A stretch of 63,711 nt of DNA, counting the filler, from Octopus bimaculoides (lineage: Eukaryota), in assembly GCF_001194135.2 (NCBI RefSeq). It is 6 parts of 6 records of this genome, joined end to end, with 100 filler letters (N's around TTAATTAATTAA, not from the genome) between each part and the next. Parts side by side here need not be neighbours in the genome. Positions count along the whole stretch, not along the records: positions 1 to 22,681 come from NC_068989.1; 5 more parts are not named here. One strand, given 5' to 3'. A program made the translations under genes and the position numbers. A model generated the notes under the pieces. The model searched no databases, was not told the origin of the DNA, and worked only from the letters and a program-made list of their open reading frames with translations. How positions within the stretch are numbered: position 1 is the stretch's first letter; every line of letters begins with the position of its first letter. Positions 1 to 11,269 of this stretch are shown one piece after another.

Positions 1-687
1 ACTTGAAAATAACTGGTTAATTAATTCCCTATTGCAATTTCGGCGTTAGGGACCTCTTAAGGGATCCATTCGCCTCGTCAGGGGAAATATTTCTATAGAC
101 AGAAATCAAAACAAGACTTTACCTTGGGGCTAGCATGAATCCCGACCGGCAATAGAAATGTTTTCACCTCTGTCTACACAATCAAGTTTTGAATTCATAT
201 GCCATGCACAGCGTTTATGTGAAAAGATCGGTAATTAACTAAGATGGTAAAGTCTTGTTTTACACAGCTTACACACACATACATATAAAATGCTGTATGT
301 GTGTGTATGTGTGTGTGCGTAGGTGCGTGCGTGTGTGTGCGTGTGTGTTCACCTGTATGTATATATGTATGCGGGTATGTAAATGTATGTGTGTATGTTC
401 TCTTGAGAACTAATAATATTACGTGTTATCTCACTAGTTTGCTAATTATCTCCCTTAGATGCGGCTACCAAACTTTATAAACGTTAAATTGTTTCCCCAT
501 ATATTTATTTCTAAAATAACCGTTAAAGAGTTTTCATTAAAATAAATTCACACATGCATTGAACATATATGCTTTCATTAGTGTATTCAATAAATTTATC
601 AAACAAGCGTTTTATTCCCAGAAACAAGAGCACGAAAATTGTTCTTTAGTTAACAAGGAATAAACGCCTTAAGATTCCATTCCGTCG

Positions 688-2020
688 AAGTTGTTTCAAA
701 TTTTGGCACAAGGCCAGCAATTTTAAGGAGAATGATAAGTCGATTGCAGTGAGTCCAGTATTCAACTGGACATTATTTTGTCGACCCTGGAAGGATAAAA
801 GTTAAGTTCGACCTTGACGGAATATGAACTCAAAACGTGAAGAAATACCGCTAAGCATTTTGTTAGGCATGCCAACGATTCTACCAGCTCGCTGCCGTAA
901 TGCTAATAATAACAATAAGTTCAAGTTTTGCCACAAGGCCAGCATTTTTAGGAGAGCTGGGATTAGTCGATTGCATCGACCCTACTACTTGAATGGTAAT
1001 TTATTTTATCGTCCCCTTATGGATGAAAGATAAAGGTGTGCCCAGCAGGTATTGAACTCAGAATGCAAAGAGCCGGAACAAATATTGTAAAACATTTTTT
1101 TCCGGCGTTCTAACAACTCTGCCAGCACGCCGTTTAAAATATTGATAATTGCTTTAAACTTTGACCCAAAACCAACAATTTTAGTGTAAGTGGGCAATCA
1201 ATTACATCAACCCCGAGAAGGATGAAAGGCAAAGTCGACCTCGCCGGAATTTGAACTCAGAACGTAAAGACGGGCAAAGTACCGCTAAGCATTTTGCCCG
1301 GCATGCTAACGACTCTGCCAGCTTGCCGCCTTAATAATAATCCTTTCTACTAAAGTCACAAGGCCTGAAATTTGGTGGGAGAGGACTAGTTGACTACATC
1401 GACCCCAGTGTTTCACTGATACTTAATTTATCGACCTCGAAAAGATGAAAAGTTAAGTCGACCTCGGCGGAATTTGAACTCAAACGTAGACACGGACGAA
1501 ATGCCGTTAAGCATTTCGCCCGGCGTGCTAACGATTCGGCCACCTCACCGCTTTAATAATAATAATAATAATCCTTTCTACTATACGTACAAGGCCTGAA
1601 ATTTTGGGGTGGAGGCTAGTCGATTATCCTGGACCCAGTGCTCAACTAGCACTTATTTTTATCGCCCCCGAAAGTATGAAAGTCTAAGTCGACCTCGGCG
1701 GAATTAGAGCGTAAAGTCAATACCCTAAAGGTTCCGCGTATCTTGAGCAGGCTTGGCTGACGGCACCTCCGTGGTTGTACCGGCAGTACCACAACTTTCC
1801 AGTAGCACTACTAGGCTAAGCATCTCTGGAAATTATCCATGAACTCCGATCAGAAAGTCCTCCGGATCAGACTATCAAGTTGATCTTGGTCGGCGCCCCG
1901 TTTTCCAAAAATGTCGCTCTTTTCCGCCACTCTATAGAACGCCAAAGTTGACTTTCTTCGACCGCAATGCCCAGCATGCAGTGGGCTGAGTGTTTGATGG
2001 CATTGCAGATGCCAAGTACC

Positions 2021-2059
<39 letters not shown>

Positions 2060-2445
2060 ATGATTGTTTCTTACTTAGCCACAACACCAACAATTTTGAT
2101 TGGAGAGGATTAGCCAATAGTACCGATCCAAATACTTGACAAGTATGAATAAAAGATGAAGTTGACCCCGCGCGAATTGAACTCAGAATATAAGGAGTGA
2201 GAAGAAATCAAACAATTCTGCCAATCCATAATTTCTTGCAATGGGCACAAAACCAGAAATTTGTGTGGAGGGAACAGTCGATTACATTGATCACGTAATT
2301 TACCGACCTGGATTAGTATTACATTTTTATTGAAAAGATGGAAGGCAAAATCCATCTCGGCAAAATTTGGACTCAGAACGCAAAAGGCCACGAGTAGATA
2401 CGGTTAGACATTTTGCCTGATAATCTAACAATTCAGAAAACTACC
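688..2445 (-). mobile_element. Tandem cluster of about 7 tRNA-derived SINE copies (family A)
   Basis: Repeated reverse-complement units with head GGCGGCGAGCTGGCAGAA, B-box GAGTTCAAATTCC and body GTCGACTTTGCCTTTCATCC..GGGGTCGAT..CCTTGTG, separated by (TAA)n. An unrelated segment interrupts at about 1715-2090. Confidence 0.8.
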
Positions 2446-3378
2446 GTATTGAAGAAAAATTCCATTGTGTGTAGCATATATAATAGGATATGCATCGGCA
2501 AGTGAAATCTGAAATGAGAGTTTTGTCCCTTGAATCATCTAATCAACAACTGAGAAATTTACACATGAAAAATTAGATTTCTATTTCTAATTCCTAATTA
2601 TTTTCCCTTTTCTACGCTGAAGTAAAATGATGTGCTAGTGGTAACATGGAATCCTGTATAACCTGTTACATAATTGAGTCGTAGGTCCAATAACTATCTA
2701 GCAATAGCACAGGCACTTAGAAATTCCGGGTGGGTGTCTGGTGTGTTGAAAGACCATTGTGATTGAGGCATTCCTCAGCTTTTAGTAAAGCATGTGTCTC
2801 GGGGACGATAACTATAATATACAATCAGATAAGCAGGGTTTAAAATCGGACATTCTGGGCATCTTTGGTTTGTACTTGAGATTATGATGCTCCCACATTC
2901 CTGAGCCTGCAACCCGTATCGGCAGTAATTATCTTGTCTCAGCTTGTCTCTGATCTATGTCAATAGGATGGAGAGGATTTATATGGTGTCGTGCAAGCCT
3001 TATTGGACTTAAAACTTTGGACAAGCTGACATTTTGTTGACATTTTACTGACATTGCTGACATTTTGCATAAGCACTAGTGGTTTAGCTTTAAACTTTAA
3101 ACTTTTTAACTCTTAAACATTTTTTATTCGAAAATCCTATGCAATAGGAAGGTGGCGCTCATGCACACCTGAGGTGTTGGAAGTATGTGATCAGCGATTC
3201 GGTTGCCGCGTGAGTGTCTGAGCAATTCCCTTTTGAGAAGGCCAGGATGAGGGTGTTCTAGAAAAGGAGAATTAAAAATTTCCTATCTTTTCCTATCTAG
3301 TCATTTTGGCGCGACAGACAGATGTCCACCTTGCACTCGCAAAAACAAAGAAAATTATTTCCAAAATTTGCGTTTAAT

Positions 3379-5430
3379 ATGAATATCTCATGCTGGAATT
3401 TACGTGCTCTGATAGATAACATGAGTGACTGTAGGCCTGATAACATGAGTGAATGTACTGCACTTCTTGGTCTAGAACTAAATCGGTATAACATAGATAT
3501 AGCTGCTCTTTCACAGACTCGTTTGGAAGGTAATTGTCAGCTTAAGGAGATTGGAGGTGGGTACACCTTTTTTTCTAGAAGACATCGAAGGAAGAGCGCA
3601 AAGAGGCTGGAGTTGATATTGCAGTTCAATCTGAAATCCTCAAAAGAGAAGTTTCCTATCCCTATAAATGATCGTTTGATGAGTCTGCGTCTGCATTTAA
3701 GAGTTGAGCGATTTACTACTCTGATATTCTCCTACTCTATCCAAGCTTGGTGAAGATAAATCTACTTCCATGCCCAGCTGAAAGTTGCACTCAGGAAAAT
3801 CCCCAAGTCAGACAAATTCATTCTGCTGGCGGGGTTTCAATACCAGGGTTGGGAGAGATTGGCAAACATGGAACTCTATTGGGTGTTTCGATTTAGGAAA
3901 GATTAATAGTAAGATGAATGAAAGATGAATTGGCCGTTTCGAGTTAGGAAAGATGGATAGTTTCGATTTAGAAAGATTTAGGAAAGGTGAAAGACGATTT
4001 AGGAAAGATGAATAGTCCCATGCTCCTAGAGTTGTGTGATAAATATGGCCTTTATAGTGCAAGCACCCATTTTATGCACAAAAGTGATCACACAATATGA
4101 ATTTACCCGAGATCTAAGGTTTGGCACTTGCTCGATTATGTTATCGTTTACAAGGGCGATATCTATAATATATATAATGTCAAATCGTTTCGTGGATCGA
4201 TGTGTTGGATGGACCATTGCTTCGTACGAGCAAAGGTTCGCATGGTAATTAGAGTGAAAGAGAGAAGAGGCCCAGCTGGGATTCCCCGACGCCTGAATGT
4301 CCATAAGATACATGATCCTACAGTGAAGAAGGTTCTTCAGAAACGTTTATCTTGCATCGAAGACGATACAACTCGGGAGTAGCTTCAAAACCAAGTTTTT
4401 CAATGCATTGCTGAAAGACTGAAATATGCTACAGCCAGCCATAGGGATTGGGTTTACAAAAATGGTTCTGAGGTTCAGAAACTTCTGTCTGCAAAGCGCA
4501 ATACCCACAGTGTATTATTGCACATGTGGAAGCGCAATGGCCCAGTGGTTAGGGCAGCGGGCTCGCGGTCATAGGATCGCGGTTTCGATTCCCAGACCGG
4601 GCGTTGTGAGTGTTTATTGAGCGGAAACACCTAAAGCTCCACGAGGCTCCGGCAAGGTATGGTGGCGAACCCTGCTCTACTCTTCCACCACAACTTTCTC
4701 TCACTCTCTCTTCCTGTTTCTGTTGTGCCTGTAATTCAAAGGGTCAGCCTTGTCACACTGTGTCACGCTGAATATCCTCAAGAACTACGTTAAGGGTACA
4801 CGTGTCTGTGGAGTGCTCAGCCACTTGCACGTTAATTTCACGAGCAGGCTGTTCCGTTGATCGGATCAACTGGAACCCTCGACGTCGTAAGCGACGGAGT
4901 GCCAACACAACAAAAATAATTATTGCACATGGAAGCTATCAGTGGCGCGTCAGAATCTAGCACTATATCATCACAAGCATTCAAAATCCCTCCTGCTGCG
5001 ATCTCTCAAGAAGATGCAGAGCAGCTAGTGGGAAGGTCTTGCACGTGATATTCAAGCTGCCACTGAGCAAATGATTGTAAGATTGTAAGCTCTACCATCT
5101 TATTAAGCAAGTTTATGGATCTAAGAGTTTTGTATTGGTTCCTTCGTTTTCCAAGGAGGGTTCTACCCTGCTTACTAAATCAACAGAAATCACAGGTCGC
5201 TGGATTGAACATTTTCCGGAACTTCTAGACCGTGAGTCAGCTGTAGATGATGTAGTAATTGACACGATTAAAAAAAAAATCCCTGTCATAAACTCCTCAG
5301 ACTCTGCATCCTCAACGGACGAAGTAATAATGCTAATAAGTAAGATAGGTTGAATCTAGGCAAAGCACCTGACAAGGACAGAAATTACGCTAAGGTTTTG
5401 TGCTCTGGCAGTTGTGGTATTGCACAAAAT
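3379..5430 (+). mobile_element. Decayed RTE-clade LINE (APE endonuclease and start of ORF2)
   Basis: MNISCWNLRAL..ELNRYNIDIAALSQTRL..QLKEIGGGYTFF, then HLLDYVIV..D..NVKSFRG..WMDHCFVRAK and RWIEHFPELLDRES. RTE/BovB-like, with many stops and frameshifts. Confidence 0.85.
4527..4918 (+). mobile_element. Full-length tRNA-derived SINE with 13-bp TSD, inserted in the RTE LINE
   Basis: A-box TGGCCCAGTGGTTAGG, B-box GGTTTCGATTCCC, (CAA)/A tail. ATTATTGCACATG duplicated at 4514-4526 and 4919-4931. Confidence 0.85.
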
Positions 5431-8033
5431 GTTCTTGAGAATATTAATGTAGTCAACTTTGAGTTGACATATCAATGACTTATAGGGACACCATATTTTT
5501 TTATGCAACCATTATATACTATAAAGTATATTAAATGCTTTATAAGTCACTAGCTTAAAATCTACACTTATGCAAACTTTTAAGCTTAGCTCCTGCAGAA
5601 AGCTAATTGGGCCTGTGGCCTAAAACTAAGGAGAGCTAAATAGCATGACTATAATACATCAGTAATGACTATATGCCCCTGTAGTGTTTGTTTGATCAGA
5701 GGTTAAGGATGGATGAGAATTAATTCTGTAATGCAATCATTCTATAGTTCCAGTCCCAATTTGAATTCCAGCTGTTGGCCAATTTGTCCCAAAGTTCATA
5801 TCTCAACATAAAATTAACGAAGCAAATGTCATCTATCTCCTCCTTGATCTCTGACATCATCTGACAAACGCCAACCAAGATGGCATAAATCAGCCAAGCT
5901 TTACCTGCTAGAAATAACAACCAAAAATACTTTTAAATCAGATCCCAATGCTGAATGTTCAAGAACGAAATGAAGGACAGATTTTCAATCCCAGGATCAT
6001 CCTGATTCCAAAAAGGATTCCATATGTCTATGTAGAGCAAATGTAGACTGAGATCCCAGACAGACAGAATTTCATGTTTATTATTGTAGAATATTGTGTT
6101 CTACTGTTGACAATCCTCTTTCTTCTTGAACTAGACCCCATATCACCAAACAAGGTGATTTGAAAGCAAGACTTGTATATTTATTTATTTATTTTATTTG
6201 TTTGTTTATTTATGTTTATTTGTTTATTTTTTTTATATATTTGAAACGTAATAAAAGTTAACAATTTAAATGTGAATCAGTTAAAGGATGAATTATTGTC
6301 TACTTTTAATAGTATTTGAATCTGTATACTAACATTTTGAAGATGTGACTTTCAAATGGAAAATTTTAATGACTGCAGATTTCCAATATTTAATGACTAT
6401 AAACTGCCGAGAGATATGAGTGGAAAAGTGTGTGTTGTGTATGTGTATGAAAAGGAGAGAGTGGGAATGAGAGAAAGAGGGGAAGAGGGACGGTGGAGAG
6501 AGAAAGAAAGAGAGTGAGTGTACATATATCATCATCCTCATTATTATCCTTTATCAGACATTTTCCATGCTAGCATGTATTTGACAGTATACATGTGTGT
6601 GTGTGTGTGTTCATGTGTGTGTGTATGTATATATGTATGCACGCACGCACGCGTGCACACACACACACACACATATAAATAAATGTAGGGTTAAGGCAAG
6701 TTAGGCAGATCAATATCATCATCATCATCATCGTCGTCGTTTAACGTCTCCATGCTAGCATGGGTTGGACGATTTGACTGAGAACTGGTGAAACCAGATG
6801 GCTACACCAGACTCCAATCTGATTTGGCAGAGTTTCTACAGCTGGATGCCCTATTAAATACATGAAATACCAAAAATGTATGACCCCTTTAATTCTCTAT
6901 ATCATTTGTATTCTGTGTAAGTCGGACCTTTTAGTATGTATAGATGTATACAATTTTTGTATTCCATGTATTTAATATACTTTATATTATATTGATCTGT
7001 CTAAATTGCTTATCCCTACATTTACTCCTATACCCACTCAAATTTAAATCTCTTGAGCACTCCGAATGAATAAGGTGATGTNNNNNNNNNNNNNNNNNNN
7101 NNNNNNNNNNNNNNNNNNNNNNNNNNNNNNNNNNNNNNNNNNNNNNNNNNNNNNNNNNNNNNNNNNNNNNNNNNNNNNNNNNNNNNNNNNNNNNNNNNNN
7201 NNNNNNNNNNNNNNNNNNNNNNNNNNNNNNNNNNNNNNNNNNNNNNNNNNNNNNNNNNNNNNNNNNNNNNNNNNNNNNNNNNNNNNNNNNNNNNNNNNNN
7301 NNNNNNNNNNNNNNNNNNNNNNNNNNNNNNNNNNNNNNNNNNNNNNNNNNNNNNNNNNNNNNNNNNNNNNNNNNNNNNNNNNNNNNNNNNNNNNNNNNNN
7401 NNNNNNNNNNNNNNNNNNNNNNNNNNNNNNNNNNNNNNNNNNNNNNNNNNNNNNNNNNNNNNNNNNNNNNNNNNNNNNNNNNNNNNNNNNNNNNNNNNNN
7501 NNNNNNNNNNNNNNNNNNNNNNNNNNNNNNNNNNNNNNNNNNNNNNNNNNNNNNNNNNNNNNNNNNNNNNNNNNNNNNNNNNNNNNNNNNNNNNNNNNNN
7601 NNNNNNNNNNNNNNNNNNNNNNNNNNNNNNNNNNNNNNNNNNNNNNNNNNNNNNNNNNNNNNNNNNNNNNNNNNNNNNNNNNNNNNNNNNNNNNNNNNNN
7701 NNNNNNNNNNNNNNNNNNNNNNNNNNNNNNNNNNNNNNNNNNNNNNNNNNNNNNNNNNNNNNNNNNNNNNNNNNNNNNNNNNNNNNNNNNNNNNNNNNNN
7801 NNNNNNNNNNNNNNNNNNNNNNNNNNNNNNNNNNNNNNNNNNNNNNNNNNNNNNNNNNNNNNNNNNNNNNNNNNNNNNNNNNNNNNNNNNNNNNNNNNNN
7901 NNNNNNNNNNNNNNNNNNNNNNNNNNNNNNNNNNNNNNNNNNNNNNNNNNNNNNNNNNNNNNNNNNNNNNNNNNNNNNNNNNNNNNNNNNNNNNNNNNNN
8001 NNNNNNNNNNNNNNNNNNNNNNNNNNNNNNNNN

Positions 8034-8332
8034 GGGCCGACCAAAGCCTTGTGAGTAGATTTGGTAGACGGAAACTGAAAGAAGCCCGTCGTATATATGT
8101 ATATATATATGTATGTGTGTCTGTGTTTGTCCCCCCACCATCGCTTGACAACCGATGCTGGTGTGTTTACGTCCCCGTAACTTAGCGGTTCGGCAAAAGA
8201 GACCGATAGAATAAGTACTAGGCTTACTAAGAATAAGTCCTGAGGTTGATTTGTTCGACTAAAGGCGGTGCTCCAGCATGGCCGCAGTCAAATGACTAAA
8301 ACAAGTAAAAGAGTAACCTCATTAGCTTACAG
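8034..8332 (+). mobile_element. SINE family B (3' part)
   Basis: GGCCGACCAAAGCCTTGTGAGT..GAAACTGAAAGAAGCCCGTCG..CGGTTCGGCAAAAGAGACCGATAGAATAAGTAC..GGTGCTCCAGCATGGCCGCAGTC. The same sequence recurs many times in the window. Confidence 0.8.
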
Positions 8333-8811
8333 CCCTTTCTGCTGTAAGATGTAATGCTCTCATAGCCATGTGCTCGTGCATCACCTTATACTTTCATTGG
8401 AGCTTCAAAACTGAAGTACAACTATGAGTGCATTGCATCTTTTAGCAGAAACAGCTGTAAGCTAATGAGGTTCAATACATAATTTATAGTTTCCTCCTCA
8501 TTTATATAGTCTCTCACTTTGCCCTGTACTCAACTAACTCCTTTCTCCAAAGTATATGTATATTGATTTCAAATTTCAAATATAATCAGACCAAAAATTA
8601 TGCAACTTTAACCACAGTAAAGTTGATGAACCCCCAACTAAGTTGAAATTGGAGTGCTTGGGTAATTCCTTAGTTCTAACTATCTTCCTCTCTCTTTTGC
8701 TCTCTTACTGCCTCTATCTCTCCCTCTATCTATCTATCTGTCTGTCTGTCTATCTATTTATTAATCAACTTATCGGTTTCTCTCTCTATTTCTCTATCTA
8801 CCTATATATAT

Positions 8812-8865
<54 letters not shown>

Positions 8866-8884
8866 CATACAAATATGAAATACA

Positions 8885-9070
8885 AATATGGCTGTGTGCT
8901 TAAGAAGTTTGCTTTCCTACCACATGGTTTCAGGTTCAGTTTTACGGTGTGTAGCACTTTGGGCAATTTGGCTTCAACTATGGCCTCAGATCAACCAAAA
9001 ATCTTGTAAGTGGATTCGATCAATGGAAACTGAAAGAAGCCCATCATATATATACATGCATACATATATA
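8885..9070 (+). mobile_element. SINE family B (5' part)
   Basis: TGGCTGTGTGCTTAAGAAG..GGTTCAGT..GGGCAA..AACTGAAAGAAGCCC; same head as 20319-20520. Confidence 0.7.
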
Positions 9071-9090
9071 CGTATATATATACATATAAC

Positions 9091-9200
<110 letters not shown>

Positions 9201-9639
9201 GGATGGATGGATAGATAGATAGATAGATATAGATATATATATATTGCCTGGTGTAGCCATCTGGTTCACCAGTTTTCAGTCAAATCGTCCAACCCATGCT
9301 AGCATGGAAAGCGGACGTTAAACGATGATGATGATGATAATGATGATACATATATATATATTATGTATGTATGTCTGCATGTGTGGGTATGTAGGTGTCA
9401 GTGGGTGTGTGTCTTCTTGTCTTGACATTGCATGATGTTTATAAATGAGTGTCACTGTCAAACAAGCAGAGTCATTGATTTCCAATGATCTGCTTGGACA
9501 TGTCTGGCCAAGGGGGAAATATTACCTTGCTTGGAAACAGGTGAGGATTGGTGACAGGAAAGGCAGCCGCCCATACATAAAATGTACCTTAACAAACTCC
9601 ATCTGGAAAAGTGGATGCTAAAACAATTAGTTGTGAAGG

Positions 9640-9644
9640 GTTTG

Positions 9645-9676
<32 letters not shown>

Positions 9677-9708
9677 GGTGGTGAAGATGATGATGATCAC
9701 CACCACCA

Positions 9709-9741
<33 letters not shown>

Positions 9742-9840
9742 CCATCGTCATCATCATCATCATCACCGCCACCACCACCACCACCACCACCACCATCATC
9801 ACCACCACCACTACCAACAACAGCAATAACAACAACAACA
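9640..9840. repeat. Compound trinucleotide microsatellite (GTT/GGT/GAT then CAC/CAT/CAA) just 3' of the BMP stop codon
   Basis: Visible directly. It generates the poly-H/T/V ORF artefacts. Confidence 0.9.
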
Positions 9841-9901
9841 TCCTAATTGTTTTTAACAGCTACGCATGCAGTAATGCTAGATACAGCTTCAATGAAACAT
9901 T

Positions 9902-10575
9902 TTACAAACACGCACACTGGACAGCCACCATGTCACCAAACCGTTTTGATATGGTTACATTATGTTTGTCTCGATAAAGCATAGTCAATGCACTCGTTTG
10001 GACGGGAACACAAAATGGCGCTGGAATACTAGGGTCGAGAGTAGCAACAATTGCATATTTGCTGCGCATTAATGCATGGTTAGTTGCGTTAATTTGCTCC
10101 AAGTTTGTTGGACATTTTCCAGAACAATAGTTAGCATTGTATCCTACAGGTGCATAAATTATATTATGCCAACCAATTTCTGCAAAGCTAACATACCATG
10201 AAGTTAAATGGCAATTGACTTGAACTGATTCTGAAGAATTCGATGGTGGTGTTGTACTTGCATTTATAGTGCCATTAGCTCTCGTTGTTGTATCTTGGAG
10301 TGGTATTTCTGATGCAGATTGTACACGACGTTTCTTGCGAAGATTATTGCTGCTTATATTAAATGGTTCAATGTTTTCGTATATAACCAAAAGAGGGCAC
10401 TTCCTATTTGTTCTTTCAAACAAGCAGGAATCATTTTGGGGATTCAGCAAAAGAGAAGATTCTATAGTGAAGTTTAATAAGGTCTTCTTCAGAGCAAAAC
10501 TTTGCAAAACCATATCAGTGACGTTCATTACATAAAAGGAAGAATTGCTTCTCAGGGAAACTTGGACAAAAACAC
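9902..10575 (-). CDS. TGF-beta/BMP-family ligand, coding exon 3 (end of prodomain, furin site, mature cystine-knot domain)
   Basis: Acceptor tatattttcag| at 10576, phase 1. Contains CPLLVIY, RKKRR (10339-10325), then CHLTSWYVSFAEIGW..YAPVGYNANYCSGKCP..NATNHA..PAPFCVP..SALTMLY..DMVAVQCACL-stop. The three exons total 1251 nt = 416 aa plus stop. Confidence 0.95.
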
Positions 10576-11269
10576 CTGAAAATATAAAGCAAATGATACC
10601 TGATTAAAAGTTATGTAAATTTGGGAGTCAAACAAAAGCATTTCTTTATTTCTATGAAAGATTACACTTTAGAGTGGAAAAAGAAGGTAGCAAACTGGCA
10701 TAATTATTAGCATGTTGGACAAAGTGCCTTGTGGTATTTCTTCTGATTTTTTACATTCTGAATTCAAGTTCAGCTGAGGCCAACTTTGCTTTTCATACCC
10801 CTGGAGTCAATAAAATAAGTTCCAGATAAGTACTGGTGTTGGTGAGATCAACTAGCCCCTCCCCTCAAAATTACAGGCCTTGTGCTTAAATTAGAAATCA
10901 TGACAGAGAGAAAAGCCTCAGAATGTTATGATGTTCATGTCTTTCCCAATGGTATTAATGATGTAGGTAAATTTTAAATAAGTCCTGAGTTTGATTTTAT
11001 TTCAATGTAGACAATTAAAAACAATAGAAGAGATACAAATAATACAGAGATATAAAAGGAGTTATTGGATGCTATAGAAATATAAATGGAGACATAAATC
11101 CTATAGAATATAAAGGAGACATGAATACCTTAGAAATATAGTGATATGAATGCTATAGGAATATAAAGGAAGTAACAGAAATCATAGAAAACTAAAACAA
11201 GACTGCTTCCCTAAATCAAAAAACAAAACACTTGATTGTCATGAAAAGTAAGAAAAATTTTGTGAATAG

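Noticed and set aside
1715-2030. GC-richer segment inside the SINE array with short open frames
   Set aside because: No motif I can recognise; probably a decayed retroelement fragment.
3880-4020. Short repeats of TTTCGATTTAGGAAAGAT that look CRISPR-like
   Set aside because: Eukaryotic context, irregular spacing, and located inside the RTE endonuclease region; best explained by slippage duplication.
5720-5920. 66-aa Trp-rich minus-strand ORF
   Set aside because: No homology recognised, no splice context, and adjacent to decayed LINE sequence.
6982-8151. Long ORFs spanning N runs (also at about 20.4, 27.4, 32.7, 35.6, 40, 45.6, 49, 50.7 and 58.6 kb)
   Set aside because: They are open only because N codons contain no stops; the flanks are microsatellites or SINEs.
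9458-9977. Poly-His, poly-Val and poly-Thr ORFs
   Set aside because: Translations of a trinucleotide microsatellite in the probable BMP 3' UTR.
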